Of a DNA stretch of 64,000 bases, positions 14,402-33,858 are shown in pieces. Position numbers and translations under genes: made by a program. A model generated the notes under the pieces. It had not been told where the DNA came from, made no database searches, and saw only the letters and a program-made list of their open reading frames with translations. Numbering within the stretch: position 1 is the stretch's first letter; each line of letters starts with the position of its first letter. Source of the DNA: Cystobasidiomycetes sp. EMM_F5 (lineage: Eukaryota); contig JBPGPT010000016.1 of NCBI GenBank assembly GCA_051047955.1, forward strand, positions 186,001-250,000, written 5' to 3'.

Positions 14402-15506
14402 ATGAAAGGCGTATTCTTCTCGCATGACCTGCCAGGACTGTGCGAAATCCGTGACTTTGAAATATGGAAGCCAGCTCCAGACGAGATACTCATCAAGAAT
14501 GTTGCGGTTGCTAGCAATCCCAAGGATTGGAAGGTGCCACTGACCATCAAGGAGCGATCAGCCATTGAAGGTAACGACATTGCTGGTTATGTAGAGGAAG
14601 TGGGCTCCGGCGTGTCGGGGTTCGAGAAGGGGGACAAGGTAGCCGCCTTTACCAAAATGCGGAGCGAAAGCAAGTACGGAGCATATGCAGAATATTCTGT
14701 CTCGCCGGCCAACACGGTATGGCATGTTGCGGAGAGCACCTCATTCGAAGATGTCGTTACCCTCCCGCTGGCAGTCATGACGGCATGTATGTCGCTATAC
14801 AAGGTTCTCAAGCTGGAACTACCTCCGTCATCCGGCGAGCAAGGAAGCGCGTCTGGTGTCCTACTCATCAATGGTGCATCCACGACTATCGGCATCTACG
14901 GGGTACAACTAGCAAAGCGAAGCGGCTACAAAGTTATCGGTATCGCGGGCGCTTCCAGCGATCTGGCAATGTCCTACGGTTTCGACGCCGTCATTGACTA
15001 CCGTGATAAGTCTGCAAGCGAAATCGCAAAAGCCGTTAAAACTGCCATTGAGCAGTTTGGCAGTTTGGTTGGGGTATTTGATGCCGTTAGCGAGAAGAGC
15101 ACAATAGAAATGATAGCATATGAGATTCTGCAACCTGAAGGGGGCAACATTGTGACTGTGCTTCCGCCCTACGAAGACGGCGGATTAAAAGTTGACAACG
15201 TCTCGCTGGTTCGAAATCAGGTAAGCCTCCTCAAATCAGCTCGCTGTGGTCATGCCCTCACTTCTATCGGCATTCGCGCAGGTTGGATGGTCGCACGGTC
15301 AATATGCTGACTTCGCGTCAGAATGGTTCAAGAATATCGGCCGTTGGCTGGATGATGGTTCCTTCAAACCAATGGCGAAGAAGATAATGCCCAATGGCCT
15401 AGACTCTGTCCAGGAAGGCATGCGACTCTTGAAAGAAAACAAAGTCAGCGGTCAAAAGCTGGTTTATCGAATTGCGGACAGTCAATGCATACCAAGTCAA
15501 CCGTAG
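14402..15506 (+). CDS. MDR-family oxidoreductase, copy 2 (tandem paralog)
   Basis: Protein closely similar to copy 1 (MKGVFFSH..., same motifs), with an intron at the equivalent position (15221). Confidence 0.9.
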
Positions 15507-15612
15507 TTCAGCGCAGTCACTGTGTAGCATACTGACACAGAGCATTGCGCATCTCCCATTTGCTTACGCCCTTCTGCGACACTTGTGCCGAGACTCTGGG
15601 CTCATAAGCCTG

Positions 15613-16988
15613 TCACAGCGCCGTGTTCGCGTTGTCCGCGTCTTCGTTATCTGGCACGGCCGAGAAGACGCTTTGTGATCGGAGACGGAAAGCATCTAAG
15701 CCCCCATCTTCAGCACTTTCGTCTTCATCCATCGGCGTGCGAGGCCGAAACAGGGGCCTAGTGTCATTGCGAGGCGGCGCTGACGACATTGAGCGGGATC
15801 GTCTATCGTTGTCGACGAATTCGGAAGTTTCACGAATACTGCGCGGATTGACGGAGAGTTCTCGCTCGTCCAAGTTTGTTGTGCTCTGAGGCTGCCGAAG
15901 AGGAGGATATGGTTCCACTCTGAATATCACAATCCAAGTCAGCAAGCAATCACGACAGCACCGTTTCTCGATGGCCCTACTGACATGACCACCAGAGTTC
16001 TTCGTTGGCAGGGTAAGAAGTCTGGTCAGCTATTTTGATTTTGCCCTGCGACCATGGCACGAACTTTCCAAATATACTGCCGCGGGCGAATTAGCAGCAT
16101 ATCGCATAACTCTCAGCAACGACTTGAAGGCTCACGAAAAACCCTTGTACGAGACTCTTAACTTGGGCTTTCCCTCAGGCTTGACATCTTCATCATCTTC
16201 ATCAAAGTCTGGCACAAACAGCGGTGCTTGCTTGCTTTGCGGTCGCACAAAGACGTCATCCTCTTCTTCCTCCTTGACCAATGTCGTCCCATCCTGAGGC
16301 GGTAACTGCTCGCCGTCGCCGACCTCGTTGTTATCATCATTCGTCATATCGATAGCTTTTCGCTTCCCTCGCTGCTTAGATGACAAATTGGTAGGCTTTA
16401 TCGATTCTTGCTTTGGCAACGGTTCCCATGTGACTGTTTTGTTCTACGCATTCGCAAAACGATATGACATCAGCACGTCCCCATAGTGACAATAGAGCTT
16501 CATACCACTGACCTTCAACATCAATGCATGCCTATGAGCGGTCTTGCGGAAGAAATAGGCCTGAATATGTTGTCAATTACGCATGTGAGTGTTAGAAATA
16601 CTCTCTGTACATACCATTTGCCAGCCGGCTATACACTCCAATGCGCGCAGTTAGGAGTATGCACAGAGCCATTTGCACACAATGTCAGCTGTCATCCTTC
16701 TCCCATAATTTGACTAGCGTCAGCTGCCTTACCTCCTCGAAACACATCGACCTTTTCGCTGTCCTGCTCCCTGCGTTTCTTGCTCATGGGTGCATTCTCG
16801 GCTCCAAGTTTGGTAGATATCCGCGGCTTGAGTGCCGCCAATACTTTCTCGAGGGTTTCGTCGGACATCCACGCATCGTGCCCGTGCGCAGAGTCGAGGA
16901 ACATCAGAAGCTGCAAGACGGTGGAAGGCGATATCCGTAGATAGAATGCATTCCGAGGATGATACTGTCTTGGCGGACGGGAGGACAT
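15613..16988 (-). CDS. Fungal hypothetical protein
   Basis: Spliced: MSSRPPRQ...YLRISPSTVLQL...VDVFRG-AGWQM-AYFFRKTAHRHALMLK-NKTV...KPKLRVSYKGF...VEPYPPL; includes a 14-nt exon at 16615-16628. Confidence 0.65.
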
Positions 16989-17117
16989 TGTCAGATGGGC
17001 GGCAGACAACCATTTGCAAGACCGCGTCATGCGGAGCAATCGTACGAAAGCGTCAAACTTTTCCGACACAACAAGCGTACTCTGATGTATGTACACGCAG
17101 ACTATGGAATGTAACAA

Positions 17118-18734
17118 TCACGATTGCCGTGCTCCACCATGCGGCCCGACGATGATTTCGAAATTCTTGCCATCTGCTCCTTGCCCCACAGTGACGCTGA
17201 TTCTGCCGTTCCCGTCGTCGACCAGCGTGATAGCATCCTTGCCTTCACCTTTCACTATAGTGTGAACTCCTCCAGACTTCTTATACATGTTCTGTACATC
17301 GTAATGGATCACAAAAGAAGTTCCGCCGCGACCAGTCATATGACAATGCCAATGCTTGTCGTTTGGTAGAGGCTGATGGACGTCGTTCTTTGTCGGTCCA
17401 AAGTGGAAGATCTCTGATTGAGAGAGACTGTGACTTGTGGTGGAGTCGTGCACTACATACGGCGAGTATCCATCTGTTCGAAATCACGTCAGCAATTATA
17501 CACGTACGCTCAGAAAGGTGACTGACAAGTTAGATAAGTCTTCCGAAGTTTGGCGGCGCACATCGGGACATCCTCGATGACGGAAGCCACCAGCCTCTGC
17601 GGAATAGATCCTCCAAGATCGGTCTGTACGTATATAGTCCTTAGCGCGATGAGCGTGTACTATACCTGAGTACATCTCAGAGCTGACCTTGACAAGATAA
17701 ATAACTTCCACATTATTCCCCACTGGCCTATGTAGACGCGTCAGTATAGGCATCGGCTCTTGAAAGCCAGGCCTGCCTAATTCTCCAGCCTGACAAGGTC
17801 AGTCGCATACGTGTCGCGCTCTTCTGCTCAGAGGCACGCGTGTCATCGGTAACACTCGTCTGCACAACAATAATCTCTGCATTTGTGCCAGCTAGCGAAT
17901 TGTCTTCTCGCCCGCCAATGTATACTTGGCTAACTAAAACATTGCAACGTTTCTTAGATTCCTTGCATTACATATATACGATACTTGACGCACCACCAGA
18001 GATATCTCGCGGCCATATGAGCCACTTGAGCGCCGGAGGGCTGTTTCCGAGGGAGTAAAATTGGACAGAAGTCTCGGAGAATCGTCGCAATATCCAGGCC
18101 GTTTCGAAGCGCTATTCGTCAGGTAGAGAACCATCAGCGATTGATGCTCTGCGCTTTGAAACGTGTCCGGGCCTCACCGGATCCCACTTCCTTCTGATTC
18201 TACGCGATGTAAACACGATTAGCTGGCTGCAGTTGAAAAGGTCACACCATCTTCATACCCAGCGGTCTGGAGGATTGGAACAATCTTATCTGTAGTAGTA
18301 TTTGGGATGGTGCTGTGAACCGGGAATACGGTAGGAATCGTGAGCAGCCTGTGACAGCCAGTTACAGGGCAGAATAACAGACCATGTCCCCCTGACCTGC
18401 GAGAAGCTTGTGTTGAGAACACTGAAGCTGTAGCCGCTCGCTGAAAAGCACCCACCATCGGTATCTGACTCGCTCCCGCTCCTACATCGGCAGACTTCTT
18501 CTCCAGCTTGACATCATCGTCTTCGGTCGTCAGTGTCTTCTTGATGTCTGCAGGGTAACAGTGAAAGCACACCTAAGACCATGGACACTGAAACTGTTAT
18601 ATCGATTGCTCACCCTCCCAGCCTGAAGTATTGTCGATTTCTCTATCAAAGAGCGCTTTCGCTCGGTCGAGTTCGCCACGAAACGGGTTTGGCTCATCGA
18701 CTATTGGGTACGTAGGCGCTTGCAGCAGTGGCAT
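17118..18734 (-). CDS. START/Bet v1-like lipid-binding domain protein, multi-exon
   Basis: Spliced motifs IRRKWDP-RFE, LIWPRDISG, IIVVQTSV, VEVIYLVK-IDLGGSIP are typical of START domains. Confidence 0.7.
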
Positions 18735-19067
18735 GTCCAGTAATGTATCGGAAGGAGAGAAAGCAACAAAGACTCCAGCTCGAAGCGGTTTTAGATGGAA
18801 TGGATATCGGAGTCTGCCGGATCGCCGGCAATGACAAGAGCAACATTCACATAACATAGCACAAATTGTGAGTGACAACACGAACTCTGTCATCATATTC
18901 GTTTGACTCGTTGTTGAAAAATACAGGGGTGGCCTACGAAGAGCGTTGTTTCAGTCTGGAAATACTCTTTGCAATACTCATTTTGTGAAGAGCGCAAGGA
19001 GCGGGATCAGCATGTCTGTCGTGTTGCATGCAACGCTCTTGCGCGGCCGTTACTGCACATGAATGTC

Positions 19068-20066
19068 ATCACCGCTTGACTTCGAAGAACCTGTAGCACA
19101 AGTGCAGTCATTAGCCTCAATCAGGTCGTGTGCTGTAAAGGGAGTTAGCTTACTGCCTCAAGTAGTATATCTGCCAAGCGCAGACGGACACGAGTAGTAC
19201 AGCTTGGATGATGGACCACCATTTGACCTTGTCATTGGTTGATTCGGCGGCTAAAATTTTCGAAACGTCAGCGAGGTGTCCCTGACATACAGTTTGAACG
19301 ACTTACTATCCCTGTGCAACCTCTCGCGCGTCACGATATACTCCTGCTCATCTTTGACATCCTGCAGCGCAGCTGATAGAGCGCGAATCTCCTTTTCTAT
19401 CGGTGCGGTATGTCCGTCGTCCTCGACATACATGACACCGTGGACGTTGAAAGACACGGTCTTTTGCGTCACTGAAGACATTTCGTTGCTGTAGGATTGG
19501 ATTTAATCAGAATTGTAGACAGACTATTGTGGTGGAGATGGAAGGCCATACCTGAAACAGTATGTATAGCGGCCGCTTAAAAAATACATCGTGTCAGTAT
19601 CACATGCTTCCCATTGTATTGCGTACTACAGCGCACTCTGACTTTGCCGTAAAGCTGTATGTCCCCGTATCCTTCTTTGACAGTGTATACATTGGCGTAT
19701 TTCTCGGATCTGTAATCCAAAAGTCGAGGTCGAGGTCACCGCCTGACGCGACTTGGTATGTCACTGTCATTTTCTGAGTAGGCCCAAGTTGTGCAGTGGG
19801 GAGATTGTCAGCCAGTCAGCCAATTCATCACGCACACTGCAAACATGACCCACATCATCTGAACTCAGGTCCTCAAAAAAACACTCTTTTTGACCCGCCA
19901 ACACGTCTATCGTATGTGCGGACGCCGTGTGCAATGTCTGCGAGAGGAGCACGGCTGCTAGTAAGGGAGCTAGCCAGAATTTAGGATTGGTGGGCGATTG
20001 TTGCCGTTGCCTTGACCGGTGCGTCTCGGGACTTGAGGACGTGGATGGACAGCTTGGCTTTGGCAT
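19068..20066 (-). CDS. EMP24: p24/EMP24 (TMED2-like) COPII cargo receptor
   Basis: Signal peptide, KECFFEDL, YQVASGGDLDLDFW, YTYCFS-NEMSSVTQKTVSFNVHG, QEYIVTRERLHR, KWWSIIQ, FFEVKR. The last few codons are uncertain. Confidence 0.9.
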
Positions 20067-20784
20067 GATGAATTTGAGATGCGACGTGATGGGCGCTGGT
20101 AAGTGCTCCCTTTTGTGTTTGCTACTCGTTTGGCGGGTTTTGTCTTGGACGTGCTTCGACGTTGCAAGTCTCGTTTTCAAGTGGATTCCGGAGGCTACCA
20201 GTGATTAGACGTTTGCAGTGTATGAGCAGGCTAAGTCAATCAGACAGAATAGGACAGGCTGAAGGTCGTGTTGGAGTTGGCCAGGTACAGAAAATAACGC
20301 GTTGCATGGATTGAAACAGGCGAATGAATGCACAAACACAGATAACACACACACTGATAATTGTGATTTCAAATACATTTAAAGGGCTGTATTTCTGAAC
20401 AGCGAAGCGCATCCAGAGTATGGCTTGACTATGGATTCAAAGGAAATTAGAGCGTCGTTGTCGGTGTCCAGGACAACGGAATGGCAAGGATAGTATTGAT
20501 GATATCCATTCCCAGGACACACTTCACCATCGCTTTGGCTTTGAGCTGATTTGCTGTAAGTGTGCTTTCAGTCGCCACTTGTCAGAGCGTACTCGGTGTT
20601 CGTCCAAGATCGAGGCTTTTAGAGGTCTGCAAACACCCTGCGACAGCAAGACTGACTACAAGAGACTCAGAGGGCAGCTTGTCATACGACACAGTGCTGC
20701 AGGAAGGGAGCGCCATCCCTGGAGAGTGCCCGTCGGGGCTGCAGCTGTACCCCAGGCAATACCTAAAAAGCTACAACGGCAGCC

Positions 20785-28602
<7,818 letters not shown>

Positions 28603-28955
28603 ATGGGTGGTGCGGAAGTCTCGGAGTGGCAGTGATGTTGGAACAGAATGCTCTTCACAGGTTATTGTAAACCCAGTACATAAAGTCTACTGCATTGAGG
28701 ATGCCTGTGGCTTGCTTCTGCTTCTTTTGCCTGTACAAGCTCCTCTCGAGCTGCTCTGACCAAGCTTTCTTGGTGGTGGCAAATCCATGACAAAACTGTC
28801 CAAGCCTTTGCAGAAAGGGAGGGTCTTGTGCTCCGGCTGTGCAGACAAAGCAGAGACAGCTCAGGATTTGGTTGGACACCAGGCTGGATTGACGGCGACG
28901 TCGATATCGGAAAACAGCACGCAGCACCAGCACACAGCGCTGGACGCGTACAGCC

Positions 28956-29800
28956 ATGGGCAAGTCGCAGTCAAAGCTCAGCCAAGAGCAAATCACCGAA
29001 CTCGAACGCAACACGCGATGTGCGTCAGTCTGTAGACGGACATGGCCATAGCGGAACTGAATATGTGAGACTACTGCCACAGTCGACAGGAAGGAGCTCA
29101 AGCAATGGTACAAGGGTTTCGTGCGGTATGGTGTCGACATTCGTCTAGCACGACGGAGATCCGCAGCCAGCTAAATCATAACCACAGAGACTGCCCATCC
29201 GGCCAGCTTGACAAGGCATCATTCGCAAAGATATACTCGCAATTCTTCCCGTATGCTGTTTGCGCTGTAGCTATACTCGTGCACTCGCTGACCCCTATCT
29301 CGTTTACCCCTTGTGACGGATGTTGGCGCAAACAACAGCTTTGGAGACCCATCGACGTTTGCAAACTACGTTTTCGACGTATTTGACAAGGATCGTAACG
29401 GTTCTATCGACTTTCGCGAGTTTGTAACGGCACTATCTGTGACAAGCCGTGGCGACCTGGACGACAAGCTGAAGTGTAAGACGTCAAGCGGAGTCGCAAG
29501 GATCCCCTGCTGACATTGTCTGCGTCGCATTTAGGGGCATTTCAACTCTATGATATCGACGGTGACGGCTCAATCACCTATGACGAAATGCTGGCCATCG
29601 TCTCGAGCATATACAGAATGACCGGCGCCATGGTCAAATTGCCAGATGACGAGGCAACTCCTGAACAACGCGTCAACAAGATATTTGAAGCTATGGATAT
29701 CGATAAGAACAAATCGTTATCGTTCGAGGAGTTTTGCGAGGGTTCCAAGAAGGATCCGACAATCGTGCAGGCTCTTTCCCTGTACGATGGTCTGGTCTAG
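28956..29800 (+). CDS. NCS1: Neuronal calcium sensor / frequenin (myristoylated EF-hand protein)
   Basis: [70 protein letters not shown]. Confidence 0.96.
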
Positions 29801-29906
29801 ATTGATACAAAGCAATTGTGCAAGCCCGCTGAAGTTACTTTTAAATGCTAGCAACATGTTGTATATAACGATTGTAAAAACCCTGTACGCCAATTCTTGC
29901 TGGTGA

Positions 29907-32292
29907 CTACTTCGCAGAATTGCCCTTTCGTTCTTTCCTGTCGACTTCCATCATGCGCAATCGCTCCTGCTGCTCCTGCCGTCTCGTTTCGTGGTCCGTC
30001 AAACCAGGTGCTCGTGTTCCCATTCCCCATCGCCCAGCTGCTTTGCCCCAGTTCTCGACCATTCCCCAAAAGTGTGTCGTAGCAATGTTTGGCTTTGGCA
30101 ACAAGCCAACATCGATTTCGGGATCCAGTGGATTCATCTTGACACCCCTCTGGTATTGACTTGCTGGTTGCGGTTTCGGCGGTGTTGGGGTAATTGGGCC
30201 GACGCTACTAGCAAACGGTTTGGGATGCTCCCATACCCGTTCTTCATACGGTATTGGAGTGTGTTTGGCAGTTTTAACGTATTCTTTGCTGGTCATTTCG
30301 AAGATGCGAGACAAAGCCCGCTTGTACGCAAATTGCTCGTCTTGACCGGTAAAGATGGCCAGATTACTCAAAACAGGCGAATTACTTGGAGCGGTAATCT
30401 TTGATGCTTCTCGTTTTGCTTCAGCCGAATCGTCGCGATATGCACTAATATTTGGTCGGAAAGATTCCTGATTGCAACAGGGCGTGTCAGTCTTTTATCG
30501 CGCGGCCGTCTCTGCAGAAGTATGCTCACGATTAGATCTTGAGATATTTCTCCTAATGTCTCTTGTATCATTGCATCGCCGTCTTTGAAAGCATCTAATA
30601 GGCTCGTCGCGTCGGGAAAAAAGATGTTATCAGGCTCCGCCGCAGCTGAGCATATGAGCCGCGTCTTGGCCTCGTCTAAATCAAGCATGGGACCTCAGCG
30701 CCTCTTCGTGCTCATCGCGGAGATCCACTCACAAGCGGCGTCAATGAACGTTATAAAACGTCTGGCTTCATTTTTTGCATTCAGCTTGAGCTGAGGTATG
30801 TTGTCAACGATGACGGTCGGGTAAGTGGAAGTGATAGTCAGATAATCTGCTGGTCCAAGTTCCTTCTGACACAAGTCTGCAAAGCTGAACCTGGCGACCT
30901 GCTGGTTGATTTGCAGAGGAACCTGGAGGCTACGTCCGTAGACTTTTAGTAATTTCGGCTCGCCTTCACCATCTGGCAAAGCGGCGTGGGCCAATTCAGC
31001 CATTTTCTTCGTTTCGGTGAACCACGTTGATGATCCAATAAAGTGTTCCGACCAGCTCGGGCGGGCTTCTTCTCCGTAGTATAGCTCGTTGGCACGCTCT
31101 CGCCTTCGCCAATCATTGTCGCTACGCAGCTGATAGACCGGACACCTGTCTTGGAGAGTTGTAAGAAAGCTCTAAGACGAGGACGTTAGCTTGGAGCTTG
31201 CATAGCGATAACTTAGGCACCTGAAATTGCTCTTGTTGTACACCTTGTTGATATAAATCGCTGGGCAAGCGATTACTTGTTCCAATAACGACTCCACCCA
31301 ATCTCCAGTACCATGTCAATACTCTGCGAATGATTCCCTGTGGATTAACCGATGTTAGCGACGTTTGGGAATCTGTTTCCTGATGTTTCGCACCGCTCCC
31401 GCAACATCCACAAGCTGAATCTCATCAAACGCCAGCACGGTCGAAGCTTCCATGAGTTCAACAGCTATTTTGGCCAGGACATATTCTTTGACGAGAGCAG
31501 TGTCGTCAAACTTTCGGCCCCCTGCAAAGACTTGACGCCAGCCCTTGGACAATGCTATTGCTTTGTTTTCTTCTCTGCGCGACCACGGGTAGCCTCTTGA
31601 CGGGTCCTGTTGCGCCAAGCGCTGCATCTCGCGTTCTTCGGCCTCCATCTGTACACGGTGATCTTCCAGGGCGACGAAGACCTTGCGGTAAAGACCAAGT
31701 AGGAATGCATGATAGTGTATGCGTTGTTTTCTGACGGGCAGACTGCGGTAGAATATGTCCAGCAGCATCGTCTTGCCCGTGCCGACGGAGCCAGTAAGCA
31801 GAAAGCCTGTGGGCGTATCTAGCATGGAGAGGTCGTCCTCGTGGGTGAGCGCTTTCACAAGAGACTTCTCCGTTCGTAAATTCGGCAGGATCCGATTAGC
31901 GAGTGATCCGGTATCGTCGGAGGTGCTTTCTTTGATGGACGGTGACGATGCAAGCATGCGCTTGAGTGATTGGGATGGCTCATAATTGACCAGGGTGGTA
32001 TGAACTTTCTTCAGCTGAAGCAGTGTCCGGACTTGCTCTTCGTCCCTAATGTCGTTGTACATACACAATCAGTCTACGAAATAAGCTGAAGTAGCACCAC
32101 GATCGCGAACCATTGGACCTTTCCAGCAGCGACGAGATTCTGGTACAAGACGAGTGGATCCGTTACTTCCAGAGCTGTGCTGGGGTCCGCAGATGTAGCC
32201 AGAAAACGCCGGCGATTGACACGACCCGACCGAGTGATCTGGTCACAGCTACGGATACTCCGGACACATGTTTCACATCGCCTGCGCAGCAT
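29907..32292 (-). CDS. AFG1/ZapE-family mitochondrial ATPase
   Basis: Arg-rich presequence-like N-terminus, Walker A GSVGTGKT, Walker B LAFDEIQ, TSNRLPSDLY, LGPADYL, NEARRFITFIDA, FAYKRALSRIFEM. Confidence 0.9.
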
Positions 32293-32609
32293 CGCGCGCT
32301 TGCCCAGAGCAGTACAGTGCAGCCGTGCTCAGAAGCTGGTCGGATGCGGAAAGCGAGACGTCTCCGGTCGTGACATGGCCGCCGCGCTGCACAATCGATC
32401 TGTACACGATGGCCCAGATCCCTGAGCGTATATCGCTTTGACCTATGAAGCAACATAGCAGAACGCCATTAACAGACTAAGGCTTCTGCTCGGTGAGCCC
32501 TCCTGGCGAAAGAAGCGCAGACACAGGCGGACTACCGACCTCGCACTAGGGCGGAAGGAGCGAGTTTGTCGGAGTTTTTGTCGGAGTGGAGGTGCATCGT
32601 AAGATGGCG

Positions 32610-32617
32610 TATATATA
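32610..32617 (+). promoter_or_regulatory. TATA-like box upstream of U2 snRNA
   Basis: TATATATA ending about 22 nt before the inferred U2 5' end. Confidence 0.5.
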
Positions 32618-32638
32618 TCACTTAGAATGAGCCCGATC

Positions 32639-32870
32639 ATCCTATCTGGCCTTTTGGCTTAGATCAAGTGTAGTATCTGTTCTTTAAAGGTTAGTTAGAT
32701 GTACCGCGTTTTGCAAGTTCGAAACTGATCAAGATCCGATCGTAGAGTAATTTCTTTAATGTTGGCATAGCCAGCTTTATAAATTACCTTATCTTTACCG
32801 CCTCCGTTGAGCCCAGTGCTTGCACTAGTTCTTCGGACGATGGCCCCCGCATTACACTCCTGCGTTGGCT
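32639..32870 (+). ncRNA. U2: U2 spliceosomal snRNA, intron-containing
   Basis: GGCCTTTTGGCTTAGATCAAGTGTAGTATCTGTTCTT matches the universally conserved U2 5' region, including the branch-point recognition sequence GTAGTA (32670-32675). Stems IIa, IIb, IIc, III and IV can be drawn after removing 32690-32745. The 3' end is approximate. Confidence 0.93.
32690..32745 (+). other. Spliceosomal (mRNA-type) intron within U2 snRNA
   Basis: GTTAGT donor, CTGAT branch motif at 32725-32729, TAG acceptor, 56 nt. Removal restores stem-loop IIa: TTAAAG-AGTAATTT-CTTTAA. Confidence 0.88.
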
Positions 32871-33323
32871 GTCAGGGCTTCCCACTCGTTTTGCCGGGCT
32901 TTTTATGCCTCCTGTTTTACGAAAGTTTTGTGATTCGCTGAGACAACCTGTCAGTCAGGACTCATGTAGGTATCAGAGTGTGGGATTCCCGGCTTTATCG
33001 CATTTTGTTACAGCACAATTTGAGAGGCGGCCAGCGGAAATGGTTTCATCTTGTCGCTGCTAGAACCTTACGTTACTGTGTCCAAACCGCCCTCTGAACC
33101 TCAATGAGGAGGGCGAGGTGTTGTCCGAGTCAGGTACCGTTGAGGCCTTTCAAGGGCAACGATACAGAGCAGTTTGGGCACCGTTAGAGCTGCTCATTCA
33201 GCTTCTTCCTCAGTCCTGGAGCATCAGCGATTCGCGTATACACACCTCGTACTATCGCCTGTTGGCGTTTTGGTCGGTGTATATATATGCTCAAGTCGAG
33301 CTTTCCTTCAACATAACACAAAC

Positions 33324-33396
33324 GTTTCGTTAGCTCAAATGGTAGAGCGCGCGCCTAGTAAGCGCGAGGTAATGAGATCGATGCTCATACGAAACA
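33324..33396 (+). tRNA. tRNA-Thr(AGT)
   Basis: 73-nt cloverleaf: acceptor GTTTCGT/ACGAAAC, D stem GCTC/GAGC, anticodon arm CGCGC-CTAGTAA-GCGCG, T arm ATGAG-ATCGATG-CTCAT. Upstream TATA and downstream T runs. Confidence 0.92.
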
Positions 33397-33858
33397 GCCT
33401 CTGTTTTGGCCAACATCCCTTTTTTTTTCGGCTGTCTGCATTCTTCTTCTGAAACCCACATCATCTATTGTCGAGCCGCGCTTCCATCACTATCTTCTTT
33501 GTCCACGCCAACAACGGCACTGCTTTCGCATTAGGCCTTTGCCATTGCCTGTGCTTTGGCTATGAAAGACGCTGCTCTCATGTGGAATGACGTGGACCTT
33601 CGGCCACTGTTATCGATGGAAATCTAGACGATACACTCGCTATGATCTCCAAACACCATGCCATTGTTCCTATTTTTACGTTTCTGCGTATACGCGTCGC
33701 TGCGGCCGAAGCGTAAAGTCCGACAGGCACACGTGTGCCTTCGGCGATGACTTAAGGCGCTCTGTCCCGCCCGATAGATCCGTAACGCACGCCAACCGAA
33801 TAAAAGGGGGCTCATTGTCAGGCTCCTCTCCCTCCTTCACAGTACAACACACACGACC

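Noticed and set aside
20495..20552. TGATGA...CTGA upstream of PRP8
   Set aside because: The span of about 50 nt is too short and no rRNA complementarity was recognised.
33118..33182. CAGG/AGCA motif resembling SRP RNA helix 8
   Set aside because: It lacks the short stem with a GNRA tetraloop, and no Alu-domain motif is in place.
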